Positions 23,703 through 37,138 of a stretch of 64,000 nt of DNA are shown here, in pieces (within the stretch, counting starts at the first letter, position 1; the number at the start of each line of letters is the position of its first letter). Made by a program: the position numbers and the translations under genes. Origin of the DNA: Anaerolineae bacterium (GTDB lineage Bacteria > Chloroflexota > Anaerolineae > B4-G1 > DUEL01); contig JBMFKS010000002.1 of the NCBI GenBank assembly GCA_049972045.1, positions 11,511-75,510 of the forward strand. Direction: 5' to 3'. The notes below the pieces were generated by a model that had not been told where the DNA came from, did no database searches, and saw nothing but the letters and a program-made list of their open reading frames with translations.

Positions 23703-26093
23703 ATGCCCAACGAACTGCCGCCCGAACAACTCCGTCGTACCTGCGACCCGCAGCAGTTTTCCTTTGAGACCACCGCCGAACTCCCCCTGATCCCGGACAT
23801 CATTGGTCAACCCCGGGCCACCCGGGCCATTGAGTTCGGGCTGGATATGGAGGCGCCCGGCTACAACATCTTCGTCCTGGGGCCGGGGGGGACGGGCCGC
23901 ACCACCACCATCCAGCGCTTCCTGGCCCAGCGGGCCGCCCAGGAGCCTACGCCCGACGACTGGATTTACGTCCACAACTTCTCCCAGCCCCGTAGCCCCC
24001 GGGCTATCCGTCTCCCCCCCGGCCTGGGTGCCCGTTTCCGGGACGACATGGCCGCGTTGGTGGCCCAACTCCGCCAGACCATCCCCCGGGCCTTTGAAAG
24101 CGAGACCTATCAGGAGGCCCGCCGTCAAATTGAACAGCGGTTCCAGGAAGCGCAGGAATCGCTTCTGAAGGAACTGGATGCCCAGGCCCGACAGCGTTCC
24201 TTCGCGGTGGTGCGCGCCCCCTCCGGCCTGGCCATCGTCCCGCTCAAGGACGGCCGTCCCCTCCCCCAGGAGGCCTTCCAGGCCCTACCGGAAGAGGAAC
24301 AGGGACGGTATGCCGCCCAGTACCGGGAACTGGAGCCCCTGGCGGAGGAGACGGTCCAACGATTGCGGGAGCAGGAACAGATTGCGCGAGAGGCTCTCCA
24401 GAAACTGGACCAGGAGGTGGCCGCCGCAACGGTGGGCCACGCGGTGGATGAACTGAAGGCCCGCTACGCCGAATACGAGGAGGTCGGTGAGTACCTGGAA
24501 GAAGTCCGCGCCGACATCATCCGGCGGGCGGAAGAATTCAAGCGGACGGAGCAATCCACCCCGGAGGCCCCCGGTGCGCCCCCCGCTCCGCCCTTCGGGC
24601 GGTACCTGGTCAACCTGCTGGTGGATAACAGCCAGCAACAGGGCGCGCCGGTGGTGGTGGAGACCAACCCGACCTATGCCAACCTGATCGGACGGACGGA
24701 GTACGAAATCCGCATGGGGGTCCCCGTCACCGATTTCACCCTTCTGCGCGCAGGGGCGCTGCACCGGGCCAACGGCGGCTACCTGGTCCTGCAGGCCCGG
24801 GACGTCCTGGCAGAGCCCCTGGCCTGGCAAGCGCTCAAGCGCGCCCTCTCCGAAGGCGTCATTCGCATAGAGGACCGCGCGGCCAGCCCGATCTCCGTTG
24901 TCAGCCTGGACCCGGAGCCGATTCCGCTGGACGTGAAGGTCATCCTCATGGGCAGCCCGTACCTCTACTATCTCCTCTATGCCCTGGACGAGGAGTTCCG
25001 GGAACTCTTCAAGGTCAAGGCCGACTTCTCCACCGAAATGGACCGGACACCGGAGAATGAGCACCTCTACGCCCTCTTCATCCGGGCCCGCTGTGAGGAG
25101 GAGGGACTGCGCCCCTTTGACCGAACCGGGGTGGCGCGGGTGGTGGAATACGGCTCCCGGCTGGCCGAGGACCAGAACCGCCTCTCCATCCGCTTCGGCG
25201 AGGTGACCGACCTCCTGCGGGAGGCTCACTACTGGGCCGGCAAGGCCGGACGGAACCGGGTGACGGGCGAGGATGTGGAGCGGGCCGTCGCCGAGCGCAC
25301 CTACCGGGCCAACCGGGTGGAGGAGGAACTCCGCCGCGTCATCACCGAGGGCACCCTGTGGATCCAGACCGAAGGGGCCGTGGTGGGACAGGTCAACGGG
25401 CTGAGCATCCACATGGTCGGCGATCACATGTTTGGCCGGCCCACCCGCATCACCGCCCGCGCCTACGTGGGCCGCAGCGGCGTGGTGGACATCCAGCGGG
25501 AGGTCAAACTGAGCGGCCCCACCCACGGCAAGGGGGTGCTCACTCTGGCGGCCTACCTGGGCGGCCAGTACGCCACCGACCAGCCCCTCACCCTCTCCGC
25601 CAGCCTCAGTTTTGAGCAGACCTACGACGAGGTCCACGGCGACAGCGCTTCCCTGGCCGAACTCTACGCCCTGCTCTCCGTCCTGGCGGACGCTCCCCTG
25701 CGCCAGGGCATCGCGGTCACCGGCTCGGTGGACCAGCAGGGGCGGGTCCAGCCCGTCGGCGGCGTGACCCACAAGGTGGAGGGCTTCTTCCGGGTCTGCA
25801 AGGAGCGGGGGCTGACGGGGGACCAGGGTGTCATCATCCCGGCGGCCAACGTCCGCAACCTGATGCTGGACCCCGAGGTCGTCCAGGCGGTAGCGGAGGG
25901 GAAGTTCCACATCTACCCGGTGGCGACCGTGGATGAGGGAATTGAACTCCTGACGGGCATCCCGGCGGGCGCGCGGGACGAGAAGGGAGAGTTCCCGGAG
26001 GGGACGCTGCACGCGCGGGTGCTGGCCCGGCTGAAAGAGTTAGCGGCGCGGCTGGAGAAGGGCGGAGAGGAGAAATCCCAGCAGAAGGCATAA
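23703..26093 (+). CDS. Lon-like serine protease with a degenerate AAA+ module and a helical insertion (LonC-like)
   Basis: P-loop-like 'GPGGTGRTT' (Lys replaced by Arg). A long coiled insertion. C-terminal Lon S16 domain 'GDSASLAELYALLSVLA...VTGSVDQQGRVQPVGGVTHKVEGFF' (Ser-Lys dyad). Confidence 0.8.
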   Translation: MPNELPPEQLRRTCDPQQFSFETTAELPLIPDIIGQPRATRAIEFGLDMEAPGYNIFVLGPGGTGRTTTIQRFLAQRAAQEPTPDDWIYVHNFSQPRSPRAIRLPPGLGARFRDDMAALVAQLRQTIPRAFESETYQEARRQIEQRFQEAQESLLKELDAQARQRSFAVVRAPSGLAIVPLKDGRPLPQEAFQALPEEEQGRYAAQYRELEPLAEETVQRLREQEQIAREALQKLDQEVAAATVGHAVDELKARYAEYEEVGEYLEEVRADIIRRAEEFKRTEQSTPEAPGAPPAPPFGRYLVNLLVDNSQQQGAPVVVETNPTYANLIGRTEYEIRMGVPVTDFTLLRAGALHRANGGYLVLQARDVLAEPLAWQALKRALSEGVIRIEDRAASPISVVSLDPEPIPLDVKVILMGSPYLYYLLYALDEEFRELFKVKADFSTEMDRTPENEHLYALFIRARCEEEGLRPFDRTGVARVVEYGSRLAEDQNRLSIRFGEVTDLLREAHYWAGKAGRNRVTGEDVERAVAERTYRANRVEEELRRVITEGTLWIQTEGAVVGQVNGLSIHMVGDHMFGRPTRITARAYVGRSGVVDIQREVKLSGPTHGKGVLTLAAYLGGQYATDQPLTLSASLSFEQTYDEVHGDSASLAELYALLSVLADAPLRQGIAVTGSVDQQGRVQPVGGVTHKVEGFFRVCKERGLTGDQGVIIPAANVRNLMLDPEVVQAVAEGKFHIYPVATVDEGIELLTGIPAGARDEKGEFPEGTLHARVLARLKELAARLEKGGEEKSQQKA

Positions 26094-26194
26094 GGACCTT
26101 CGGCCCGAGGGCCTCGGCCCGAGGGCTTCGGGTCGTGACCCTCGCGGTGCCCTTCCCACCCGGTGGTCCGCCTATTTCCCTGCAGGAGGCAAAC

Positions 26195-27529
26195 ATGCTG
26201 ATCACTCATGCCCGTCTGGCCACCCTGGGGGATGCCCCCCAACTGATCGAAGACGGCGCCCTGCGGATAGAGGGCGAGATCATCACCGACATCGGCACCA
26301 CCGTTGACCTGACCCAGCGCTACCCCGAAGAGGAGCGCTGGGACGCCGACGGTCAACTGGTGATGCCTGCCGCCATCTGCGGGCACACCCACTTCTACGG
26401 CGCCTTCGCCCGGGGCATGGCCATTCCGGGCGAGCCGCCGGCCAACTTCCCCCAGATTCTGGAGTCCCTGTGGTGGCGGCTGGATAAGGCCCTCACCCTG
26501 GAGGACGTCCGCTATTCCGCCCTGGTCTGTCTGATAGACGCCATCCGGCACGGCACCACCACCCTCATAGACCATCATGCCAGCCCCAACGCCATTGAGG
26601 GGAGCCTGGACGCCATTGCGGAGGCGGTGGAGGAGGCCGGCCTGCGGGCCTCTCTTTGCTACGAGGTCACCGACCGCGATGGCCCGGAGCGCGCACGGGC
26701 CGGCATAGAAGAGAACCTCCGCTTCGCTCGTTCGCTGACGCCGGACCGACGGCGGCGCCTGGCCGCCTCTTTCGGCCTGCACGCATCCCTCACGCTCTCC
26801 GACGAGACGCTGGCCGATTGCGTCGCCGCCGCGCGGGACCTGGGCCTGGGCTTCCACGTCCACGTGGCCGAGGATGCCGCCGACCAGGAGGACAGTCTCC
26901 GCAAGAGCGGCAGGCGGGTCGTCCACCGCCTGGGGGACGCCGGGGTCCTGGGCCCGCAGACGATTGCCGTCCACTGCGTCCATGTGGATTGGGGCGAAAT
27001 CGTCCGCCTGGCAGAAACCGGCACCTGGGTCACCCACCAGCCCCGGTCCAACATGAACAATGGCGTCGGTGTGGCGCCGGTGGAAGAGATGCTGAAGGCA
27101 GGGGTGCGGGTGGCCCTGGGCAACGACGGCTTCTCCAACAACATGTTCGCCGAGATGAAGGCAGCCTACCTGGTGCACAAACTGGCCCGTCGGGACCCCC
27201 GGGCTATGCCCGGCGACGGGGTGATGCGGCTGGCCTACGAGAACAACGCCGCCCTGGCCCGCGTCTTCTGGCCCGACCTGCGCCTGGGAGAACTGGCCCC
27301 CGGCGCGGCGGCGGACCTGGTCTTTCTGGATTACCACCCCACCACGCCGCTGACGGCGGGAAACCTGCCCTGGCACATCCTCTTCGGTGTGGAGGCGTCT
27401 ATGGTGACGGCCACCCTCTGCGCGGGGCGGGTGCTGATGCGGGACCGGAAGTTGCTGACGCTGGACGAGGAGGCCATCACCGCGCGCTCCCGCGAACGGG
27501 CCGCACGGGTCTGGGGGCGGGTGGGGTAG
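26195..27529 (+). CDS. metal-dependent amidohydrolase (chlorohydrolase/aminohydrolase, SsnA-like)
   Basis: 'PAAICGHTHFYG' (HxH metal site), TIM-barrel amidohydrolase length. The start is the ATG at 26195 after GGAGG. Confidence 0.8.
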   Translation: MLITHARLATLGDAPQLIEDGALRIEGEIITDIGTTVDLTQRYPEEERWDADGQLVMPAAICGHTHFYGAFARGMAIPGEPPANFPQILESLWWRLDKALTLEDVRYSALVCLIDAIRHGTTTLIDHHASPNAIEGSLDAIAEAVEEAGLRASLCYEVTDRDGPERARAGIEENLRFARSLTPDRRRRLAASFGLHASLTLSDETLADCVAAARDLGLGFHVHVAEDAADQEDSLRKSGRRVVHRLGDAGVLGPQTIAVHCVHVDWGEIVRLAETGTWVTHQPRSNMNNGVGVAPVEEMLKAGVRVALGNDGFSNNMFAEMKAAYLVHKLARRDPRAMPGDGVMRLAYENNAALARVFWPDLRLGELAPGAAADLVFLDYHPTTPLTAGNLPWHILFGVEASMVTATLCAGRVLMRDRKLLTLDEEAITARSRERAARVWGRVG

Positions 27530-27894
27530 TGCAAAAGACCCCCGGGTGCAAACGTAGACGCTGCAACACGACAAAGGCGAGGAGGACCAGAGCCCCATGG
27601 CGAACCGTCGCCTGGTCCACCCGGCACGGGCACGCCCCCAGGCCGTTTAACTGTTTGGCGTCCCGAAAGAGCGTCGCCCCTGACCAGCGCGTCCGCTTCC
27701 GCCGGACAAGGGTGGTCAAATCGGTGCCCGGTCATTCGTTGTCAGCACCTCCTCCTCTGGTGCGTCGGACCTGGGCTCCCAAAGCGGACTTGCCGGGAGA
27801 TGCCCTGCGGGACGTCCTGTCGGAGATACGAGCCAGAATTGCCGGAACGGCTCGCAGGGAAGTTACCCGATCCCGATTGATCAGGAGGTCCATC

Positions 27895-28326
27895 ATGAAA
27901 CTCGCATCCTTGGAATACCTGGAAGAGGTCCGACGGCGCTCCAACGCTGACCCCCAGTACCTGGAACTGGCAAAGGGCCACAACGCGTCCTACACAATGG
28001 TCCTGGAAGCCGAACCCTCAAAGGGCGTCACCGAGACGGTCGTCATCGGCTTCACCAACGTGGACGGGAAAATCGGCGAGGTCTGGGTCGGCAAGCGGCC
28101 CACCGACTTCACCCTCAGCGCCCCCTACGGCGTCTGGGTGGACATCCTGCGGGGGAAACTGGGCGCCACCCAGGCCATCGCCTCCCGCAAACTGAAGACC
28201 CAGGGGCCGTTCCTGCAACTCCTGCAGGGTGCCAACCGCATCCTCCGCTGGGTGGAGATTCTGCGCACCATCCCCACCGAGTTTGAGGGAGACTACGCCC
28301 AGTATAACCTGCCGGGGAGGCCGTAA
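27895..28326 (+). CDS. SCP2 (sterol-carrier-protein-2-like) domain protein
   Basis: '...GEVWVGKRPTDFTLSAPYGVWVDILRGKLGATQAIASRKLKTQGPFLQLL'. SD CAGGAGG precedes the ATG at 27895. The 556-aa read-through ORF from 26656 is rejected. Confidence 0.7.
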   Translation: MKLASLEYLEEVRRRSNADPQYLELAKGHNASYTMVLEAEPSKGVTETVVIGFTNVDGKIGEVWVGKRPTDFTLSAPYGVWVDILRGKLGATQAIASRKLKTQGPFLQLLQGANRILRWVEILRTIPTEFEGDYAQYNLPGRP

Positions 28327-28347
28327 CCTTCTCCGGGGAGGTCGGAG

Positions 28348-28728
28348 ATGTCCGATTGGCTGCGCCATTTTAAATGGACTGCTCTGCTGATCTGGCTGGC
28401 TCTCCTGGGCGCGATGCTCTTCACCTCCTATGTGGCTCTCTCCGCTGCCACGGCCAGCGGACTGCTCTCTTCGTTCTTCGTATCTCTTTTCCGGTTTGAA
28501 ACCCTGAGCCAGCCCGGCGAGGAGCAGAACGAGGAGAGCACCCTCTTCTCGGATTGGTTGATTTTTCGGCCCCGAGCCGATGAATCGGCCGCGGAGGAGC
28601 CGGACCTGGACGAAGCCGAACAGACGCTGGTCAGCGCTGTCTTGCGGTACCTCGCCTTTGCCTGGATCGTGATCCTGATTTCGCCGCCTGTGGTGATGCT
28701 GGTCAACATACTGCTGGCGAACGGGTAG
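28348..28728 (+). CDS. small hypothetical membrane protein
   Basis: SD GGAGG precedes the ATG. Two TM helices flank an acidic loop. Confidence 0.45.
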   Translation: MSDWLRHFKWTALLIWLALLGAMLFTSYVALSAATASGLLSSFFVSLFRFETLSQPGEEQNEESTLFSDWLIFRPRADESAAEEPDLDEAEQTLVSAVLRYLAFAWIVILISPPVVMLVNILLANG

Positions 28729-28771
28729 AATTTTACAGGTACGTCGCACCTTGCCTGGAAAAGGAGGCCCC

Positions 28772-31399
28772 ATGAGCAGTTCATCTCCTCTGCGCGGCAA
28801 GGGCATCTGGGCCTGGGCCCGGTCCGGCGACGAACTGGGCCGGGCCATCCAGATCGCTCATCAGACCGGCGGAACCCATATCCTCTACAAGGTCGGGCAG
28901 GCGGGGACGTACTACGACGACTCCGCCCCGGCGGCCCGCCGCATCGCCGAGGCCGGTTTCGTCCCCTTTGCCTGGACCTGGCTCACCCTGGATAACCCCG
29001 AAAGGGAGGCTCAGGTCGTCATCCAGGCTTTCCAGGACGGCTATCAGGGCTTTGTCTTTGATATGGAAGCCCCCTGCCGCCGGAAATGGGAGGCCGCGCG
29101 GCGACTGGTCCGCACCCTCAAAAGCGCGCCGGTCAACCCTGAGGCCCTTTACCTCTCCTCCTTCCCCAACATCTCCGCCCACACCGACCTTCCCTACCCG
29201 GAGATGCTGGAAATCTGCCGGGGCGGATTGATGCCTATGGCCTACGGCTCCTTCTTCGCCCCGGGCAATCCTACCCCCTGGGACGTCCAGGCCCGCCGGG
29301 TGATAGACGAATGGACCTACGGCGACTACGAGAGATGGTGCCTCCAGTGGGGCTTCCGCCCGCCCCTCTACCCCATCCTGGGCCCCTATCATGATGAGTA
29401 CGGCCGCGCGCCGATGTCGCCGGAGGAGTTCCGGGTCTGGCTGGACCGGCTGGCCGCCTACGGACCGACCTTTGTCAGTTTCTTCACCACCCGCGCTATC
29501 CCCGACGCGCTGGTCCCGCTGATCCGGGACTTCGCCCCGGTGGAGGCGCCGGCGGAGATGCCCATCCCCGCTGCCGTCTGGGTGGCCCCCCTGGAGGGGG
29601 CGGTCCTCTACGCCGCGCCGGATTTTTCTGCCCAGCGGACGCGCGCGCTGGTCTACCGGGGCACCGCTGAGGGGAGGGCGTGGCGCCGCGGGAGCGACGG
29701 CCGCCGCTGGCTCCAGGTCCGCACCGCCGACGGCGCGCTGGGCTGGCTCCCCGAACAGCGGGCCGACGGCTCCGCCGCCTTCGCGCTCACCGACCCCGGC
29801 GCACCCCCCACGCTTCCCGCCCCGCCCCCCGCTCCGCCCGGCCACCTGACCCACGTGTGGACCACCCAGGAGGTCAACTTCCGCAGCCAGCCCGCCGTGC
29901 GTCCGGATACCCTCCTCGGGCGGCTCTACCCCGGCGCTCGCCTGAAGGTCATAGAAGACCCCGCGCTGGCCCGACAGAAACTGGGCACTTACCAGTGGCT
30001 CAACGTCCAGTTGGAGCCCGAGGGACCGGAAGGGTGGATCGCTGCCTGGTACGTCACGGACCACCCGCCGGTGGCGGAGGCCCCTCCTCTGCCCACTCTC
30101 CTGCGCGTCCAGAGCCCCCAGGTGGGCTATCTGAACATTCGCCAGGGGCCAGGGACGGATACTCCCATCGTCTGGCGTGTCCCCGACGGGACGATTCTGG
30201 AGATTCGGGAGAACCCGCAGGAAGCCGCCGCGAAGGTCGGGCAGGAGGGGCAGTGGATCCGGGTGCGCACGCCCAGCCTGCACGAGGGCTATGCTGCCGC
30301 CTGGTACCTGGCCGCCGACGTCCCTCCGGATAACCGCCGTCCGGTAGAGGATGCCCCTCTCCCCTTCGGGGAGTGCGCCTGGATTTTCGGCATCCACGGC
30401 GCCGGCGCCGCCGAAACGGAGGACTTCCGCCACCTGTTCCAGGGGACTGGCCGACGGGGCTGGGTGCTCTTCACCGAATCCATCGGCCGCCATCCGGACA
30501 ACCTGCCGCCCAACGAGGCGTTGCGGCAGAAACTCTGGGACTGGGCCCGCAGCGGCTTCGGCGTGATCATCCGCCTCAACTACGGCTACGAACCGGCGGG
30601 GACTCTGCCCGAATCCCCGTACTACGGCGACTTCGCGGCCACCTGCCGGCGCTGGGTGGAACTCTACCTGAAGCGTCCGGAGGTCCCCCCGTCTCACTAC
30701 ACCTGGATCATCACCATCGGGAACGAGCAGAACAATGTCCGGGAGCACCCCGGCGGGCTGGCGGACCCCCGGGAGCACATCACGCCCCAACTCTACGCCC
30801 GCGCCTTCAACCTCGTCTACCGGGCCATCAAGGAAGTCCTGCCCAACGCGACGGTGATACCAGGGGCCGTGGACCCCTACAACACCACCCCCTGGGTTCG
30901 GCTGGGCGGCATCCGCTACCGCCCGTTGACGTACTTCAAGGAGATGCTGGACGGGATCGTTGCGCTGGACGGCTTCGCGCTCCACACCTACACCCATGGC
31001 CCGGTGGTGGATTACATCACCCACCTGCGGCCCTTCACCGACTGGCCCCTGGTCCCCGGCACGGAGCACGAGCACTACTACGACTTCCAGGCCTACCGCC
31101 CGTTTATTGAGGCCATCCCCGCCAAGTGGCGGGATAAACCTGTCTACATCACCGAGACCAACCACTGGACGGTGAATCCGGACGGGACAGGGCCCAACGG
31201 CTGGATCAACCGCAACATCGGCTGGGTGCAGGCCGCCTACGCGGAGATTCATCGCTGGAACAGCACTCCCCACGCCCAGCAGATTCACTGTCTGCTCCTC
31301 TACCGCTGGCAGGGGGACGAGTGGGAGATTCGGACGAAGGACCAGATTCAGGAGGACTTCCGCCAGGCGCTGCGGAACGATTACCGGTGGCGGAAATGA
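28772..31399 (+). CDS. multidomain secreted glycoside hydrolase: N-terminal GHL-type TIM-barrel, three SH3b-like repeats, C-terminal clan GH-A (GH5-like) domain
   Basis: The N-terminus is paralogous to 12776..13750. Three ~65-aa repeats ('W..V....G..W....Y') are SH3b-like. The C-terminus has 'IGNEQN' (acid/base NE) and 'VYITETN' (nucleophile ITE), the clan GH-A signatures. SD AAGGAGG precedes the ATG at 28772. Confidence 0.75.
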   Translation: MSSSSPLRGKGIWAWARSGDELGRAIQIAHQTGGTHILYKVGQAGTYYDDSAPAARRIAEAGFVPFAWTWLTLDNPEREAQVVIQAFQDGYQGFVFDMEAPCRRKWEAARRLVRTLKSAPVNPEALYLSSFPNISAHTDLPYPEMLEICRGGLMPMAYGSFFAPGNPTPWDVQARRVIDEWTYGDYERWCLQWGFRPPLYPILGPYHDEYGRAPMSPEEFRVWLDRLAAYGPTFVSFFTTRAIPDALVPLIRDFAPVEAPAEMPIPAAVWVAPLEGAVLYAAPDFSAQRTRALVYRGTAEGRAWRRGSDGRRWLQVRTADGALGWLPEQRADGSAAFALTDPGAPPTLPAPPPAPPGHLTHVWTTQEVNFRSQPAVRPDTLLGRLYPGARLKVIEDPALARQKLGTYQWLNVQLEPEGPEGWIAAWYVTDHPPVAEAPPLPTLLRVQSPQVGYLNIRQGPGTDTPIVWRVPDGTILEIRENPQEAAAKVGQEGQWIRVRTPSLHEGYAAAWYLAADVPPDNRRPVEDAPLPFGECAWIFGIHGAGAAETEDFRHLFQGTGRRGWVLFTESIGRHPDNLPPNEALRQKLWDWARSGFGVIIRLNYGYEPAGTLPESPYYGDFAATCRRWVELYLKRPEVPPSHYTWIITIGNEQNNVREHPGGLADPREHITPQLYARAFNLVYRAIKEVLPNATVIPGAVDPYNTTPWVRLGGIRYRPLTYFKEMLDGIVALDGFALHTYTHGPVVDYITHLRPFTDWPLVPGTEHEHYYDFQAYRPFIEAIPAKWRDKPVYITETNHWTVNPDGTGPNGWINRNIGWVQAAYAEIHRWNSTPHAQQIHCLLLYRWQGDEWEIRTKDQIQEDFRQALRNDYRWRK

Positions 31400-31626
31400 G
31401 GAGAACGGGCAGGGAGTGGCGGTATCCTTGCCGCTCCCTGTTCTCACCAGTCGTCTCCCCGCTCTGAGGGGAGCAAAAAGACGCAATACCGCAAAAGTCA
31501 CCCTGTGGGGGTGCCGATTTCCCCCCCGCTGCCGCTGCGCGGCGCGGGGGAGACCTTCTCCCCTTTTCCTCATTGGCGCCCCCGGCGGCAAGAGGGCCTG
31601 TCCCCGATCGCAGATCGCGCTGGCTT

Positions 31627-31655
31627 TTGACAAATTCGCCCTTTGGTGCTATACT
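31627..31655 (+). promoter_or_regulatory. consensus sigma70 promoter TTGACA-N17-TATACT of rpoB
   Basis: ttgaca at 31627-32 and tatact at 31650-55. Confidence 0.7.
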
Positions 31656-31690
31656 ATAAGTTCGCGGTTTATTTCTCCAGGGGGAGTAGA

Positions 31691-35620
<3,930 letters not shown>

Positions 35621-35963
35621 ATTCACAACCTGTGGTAAAATGCCCGCTCGTCAGACGGACGGCAGCCAGAGCCCCTGCCGTGCACGAAAGGACTCGTGAA
35701 GGCGGAAGGAGGCCATCGGTTGGCACAGATGGCCTTCTTCGCGGAATCTGAGAGATCGTCTGAAAATCTACCCCAAAGGACACGAAGGACACAAAGCCCT
35801 CGGCCCGAAGGGAAATGCCCGAAGGCGGCGTCGCCCCGAGCCCCTCGGCGCGTGGCGCGGCGTGGCCGAGGGGGCTTCTCGGCCCGGGGGGATGGAAGCA
35901 CACCAGTCTTCGTGTTCTTGGTGTCCTTCGTGGTGTTCAGACAATCTCTGAGGGAGAGAAACC

Positions 35964-36434
35964 GTGCCCACGATCAATCAACTGGTTCGTAAAGGACGGA
36001 AGCCGAAAGAGAAGAAGACCAAGGCGCCGGCGCTGCAGTACATCTTCAACTCGTACAAGCAGCGGCGTTTCCGGATGCCGAAGGGCGCACCGCAGAAGCG
36101 GGGGGTCTGCACCCAGGTACGGACGATGACGCCGAAGAAGCCCAACTCCGCGCTGCGCAAAATCGCCCGCGTCCGGCTGACCAACGGCATTGAGATCACG
36201 GCCTACATCCCCGGCGAGGGGCACAACTTGCAGGAGCACTCGGTGGTGCTGGTGCGCGGTGGCCGCGTGAAAGACCTGCCCGGCGTCCGCTATCACATCA
36301 TCCGGGGTGCGCTGGACGCCGCGGGCGTGGAGGGGCGGGCCCAGCAGCGCTCCAAGTACGGCACCAAGGCCGGCAAGGGCGGCAAGCCCGGCAAGCCCGG
36401 CGCTAAGCCCGCCGCCAAATCGGGAAAGAAATAG
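35964..36434 (+). CDS. rpsL: 30S ribosomal protein S12 with a Lys/Gly-rich C-terminal extension
   Basis: '[11 protein letters not shown]...[10 protein letters not shown]'. GTG start. The C-terminal tail is '[22 protein letters not shown]'. Confidence 0.95.
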   Translation: MPTINQLVRKGRKPKEKKTKAPALQYIFNSYKQRRFRMPKGAPQKRGVCTQVRTMTPKKPNSALRKIARVRLTNGIEITAYIPGEGHNLQEHSVVLVRGGRVKDLPGVRYHIIRGALDAAGVEGRAQQRSKYGTKAGKGGKPGKPGAKPAAKSGKK

Positions 36435-36622
36435 CAAGGCTCCTCTGGGGGCTCAAAGAGCCCAAAGGGCCACGCCCCGCCCTGGCTCGCCCCGGGGGGC
36501 TTCGCTGGATGAGCCCGGACGTTTTGCACCAAGAATTTTCCAGAGATGCCCCAACGGTGCCTGAAGCCCCGATTGGAGGCGACGCCGACAGCATTTTCTG
36601 AACCAGCCGACTGAGAGGTCGT

Positions 36623-37093
36623 ATGCCCAGACGATACCGTCCACCAAAACGGGAAATTGAGCCGGACCTGCGCTACAACAGCGTCCTGGTCGCCAAATTT
36701 ATCAACAAAATCATGAAAGACGGCAAGAAGAGCCTGGCGACGCGGATTATGTACCAGGCGATGGACATCCTGCAAGAGCGGACCCGGCGACCGGCGCTGG
36801 AGGTGCTGGAGGAGGCGGTGCGCAACGTCTCCCCCATCCTGGAGGTCAAGCCCCGGCGCGTCGGCGGGGCGACCTACCAGGTGCCGGTGGAGGTGCCGCC
36901 CCATCGCCAGACCAGCCTGGCCATCCGCTGGATTCTGGAGGCCGCGCGCAATCGCTCCGGACGCTCTATGGCCGAGAAACTGGCGGCCGAACTGATGGAC
37001 GCGGTCAACAAGACCGGTGCCGCCATCAAGAAGCGGGAAGACACCCACAGGATGGCCGAGGCCAACCAGGCGTTTGCCCATTACCGGTGGTAG
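36623..37093 (+). CDS. rpsG: 30S ribosomal protein S7
   Basis: '[15 protein letters not shown]...' is S7. Confidence 0.95.
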   Translation: MPRRYRPPKREIEPDLRYNSVLVAKFINKIMKDGKKSLATRIMYQAMDILQERTRRPALEVLEEAVRNVSPILEVKPRRVGGATYQVPVEVPPHRQTSLAIRWILEAARNRSGRSMAEKLAAELMDAVNKTGAAIKKREDTHRMAEANQAFAHYRW

Positions 37094-37138
37094 CGCCTGC
37101 TCTGGTGGGAGCCCGGGCGACCCGGAGGGACAGAGGCG

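Noticed and set aside
26656-28326. 556-aa plus-strand ORF spanning the end of the amidohydrolase gene and the intergenic region.
   Set aside because: The N-terminal 410 aa overlap the amidohydrolase in another frame and are low-complexity Arg/Gly/Pro. Only the last 143 aa (SCP2 domain, own SD and ATG at 27895) look genuine.
28781-31633. 950-aa minus-strand ORF (and similar giant antisense ORFs at 2864-5218, 11552-13678, 18836-20332, 24285-26012, 25913-27598, 31649-34606, 36293-39154, 43360-44736, 44678-46180).
   Set aside because: Each lies antisense to a gene with clear homology-type motifs (the hydrolase, xdh, dnaN, copA, lon, the amidohydrolase, rpoB, fusA, tuf, r-proteins). Their products are R/G/P/A-rich low complexity, typical of high-GC shadow ORFs.
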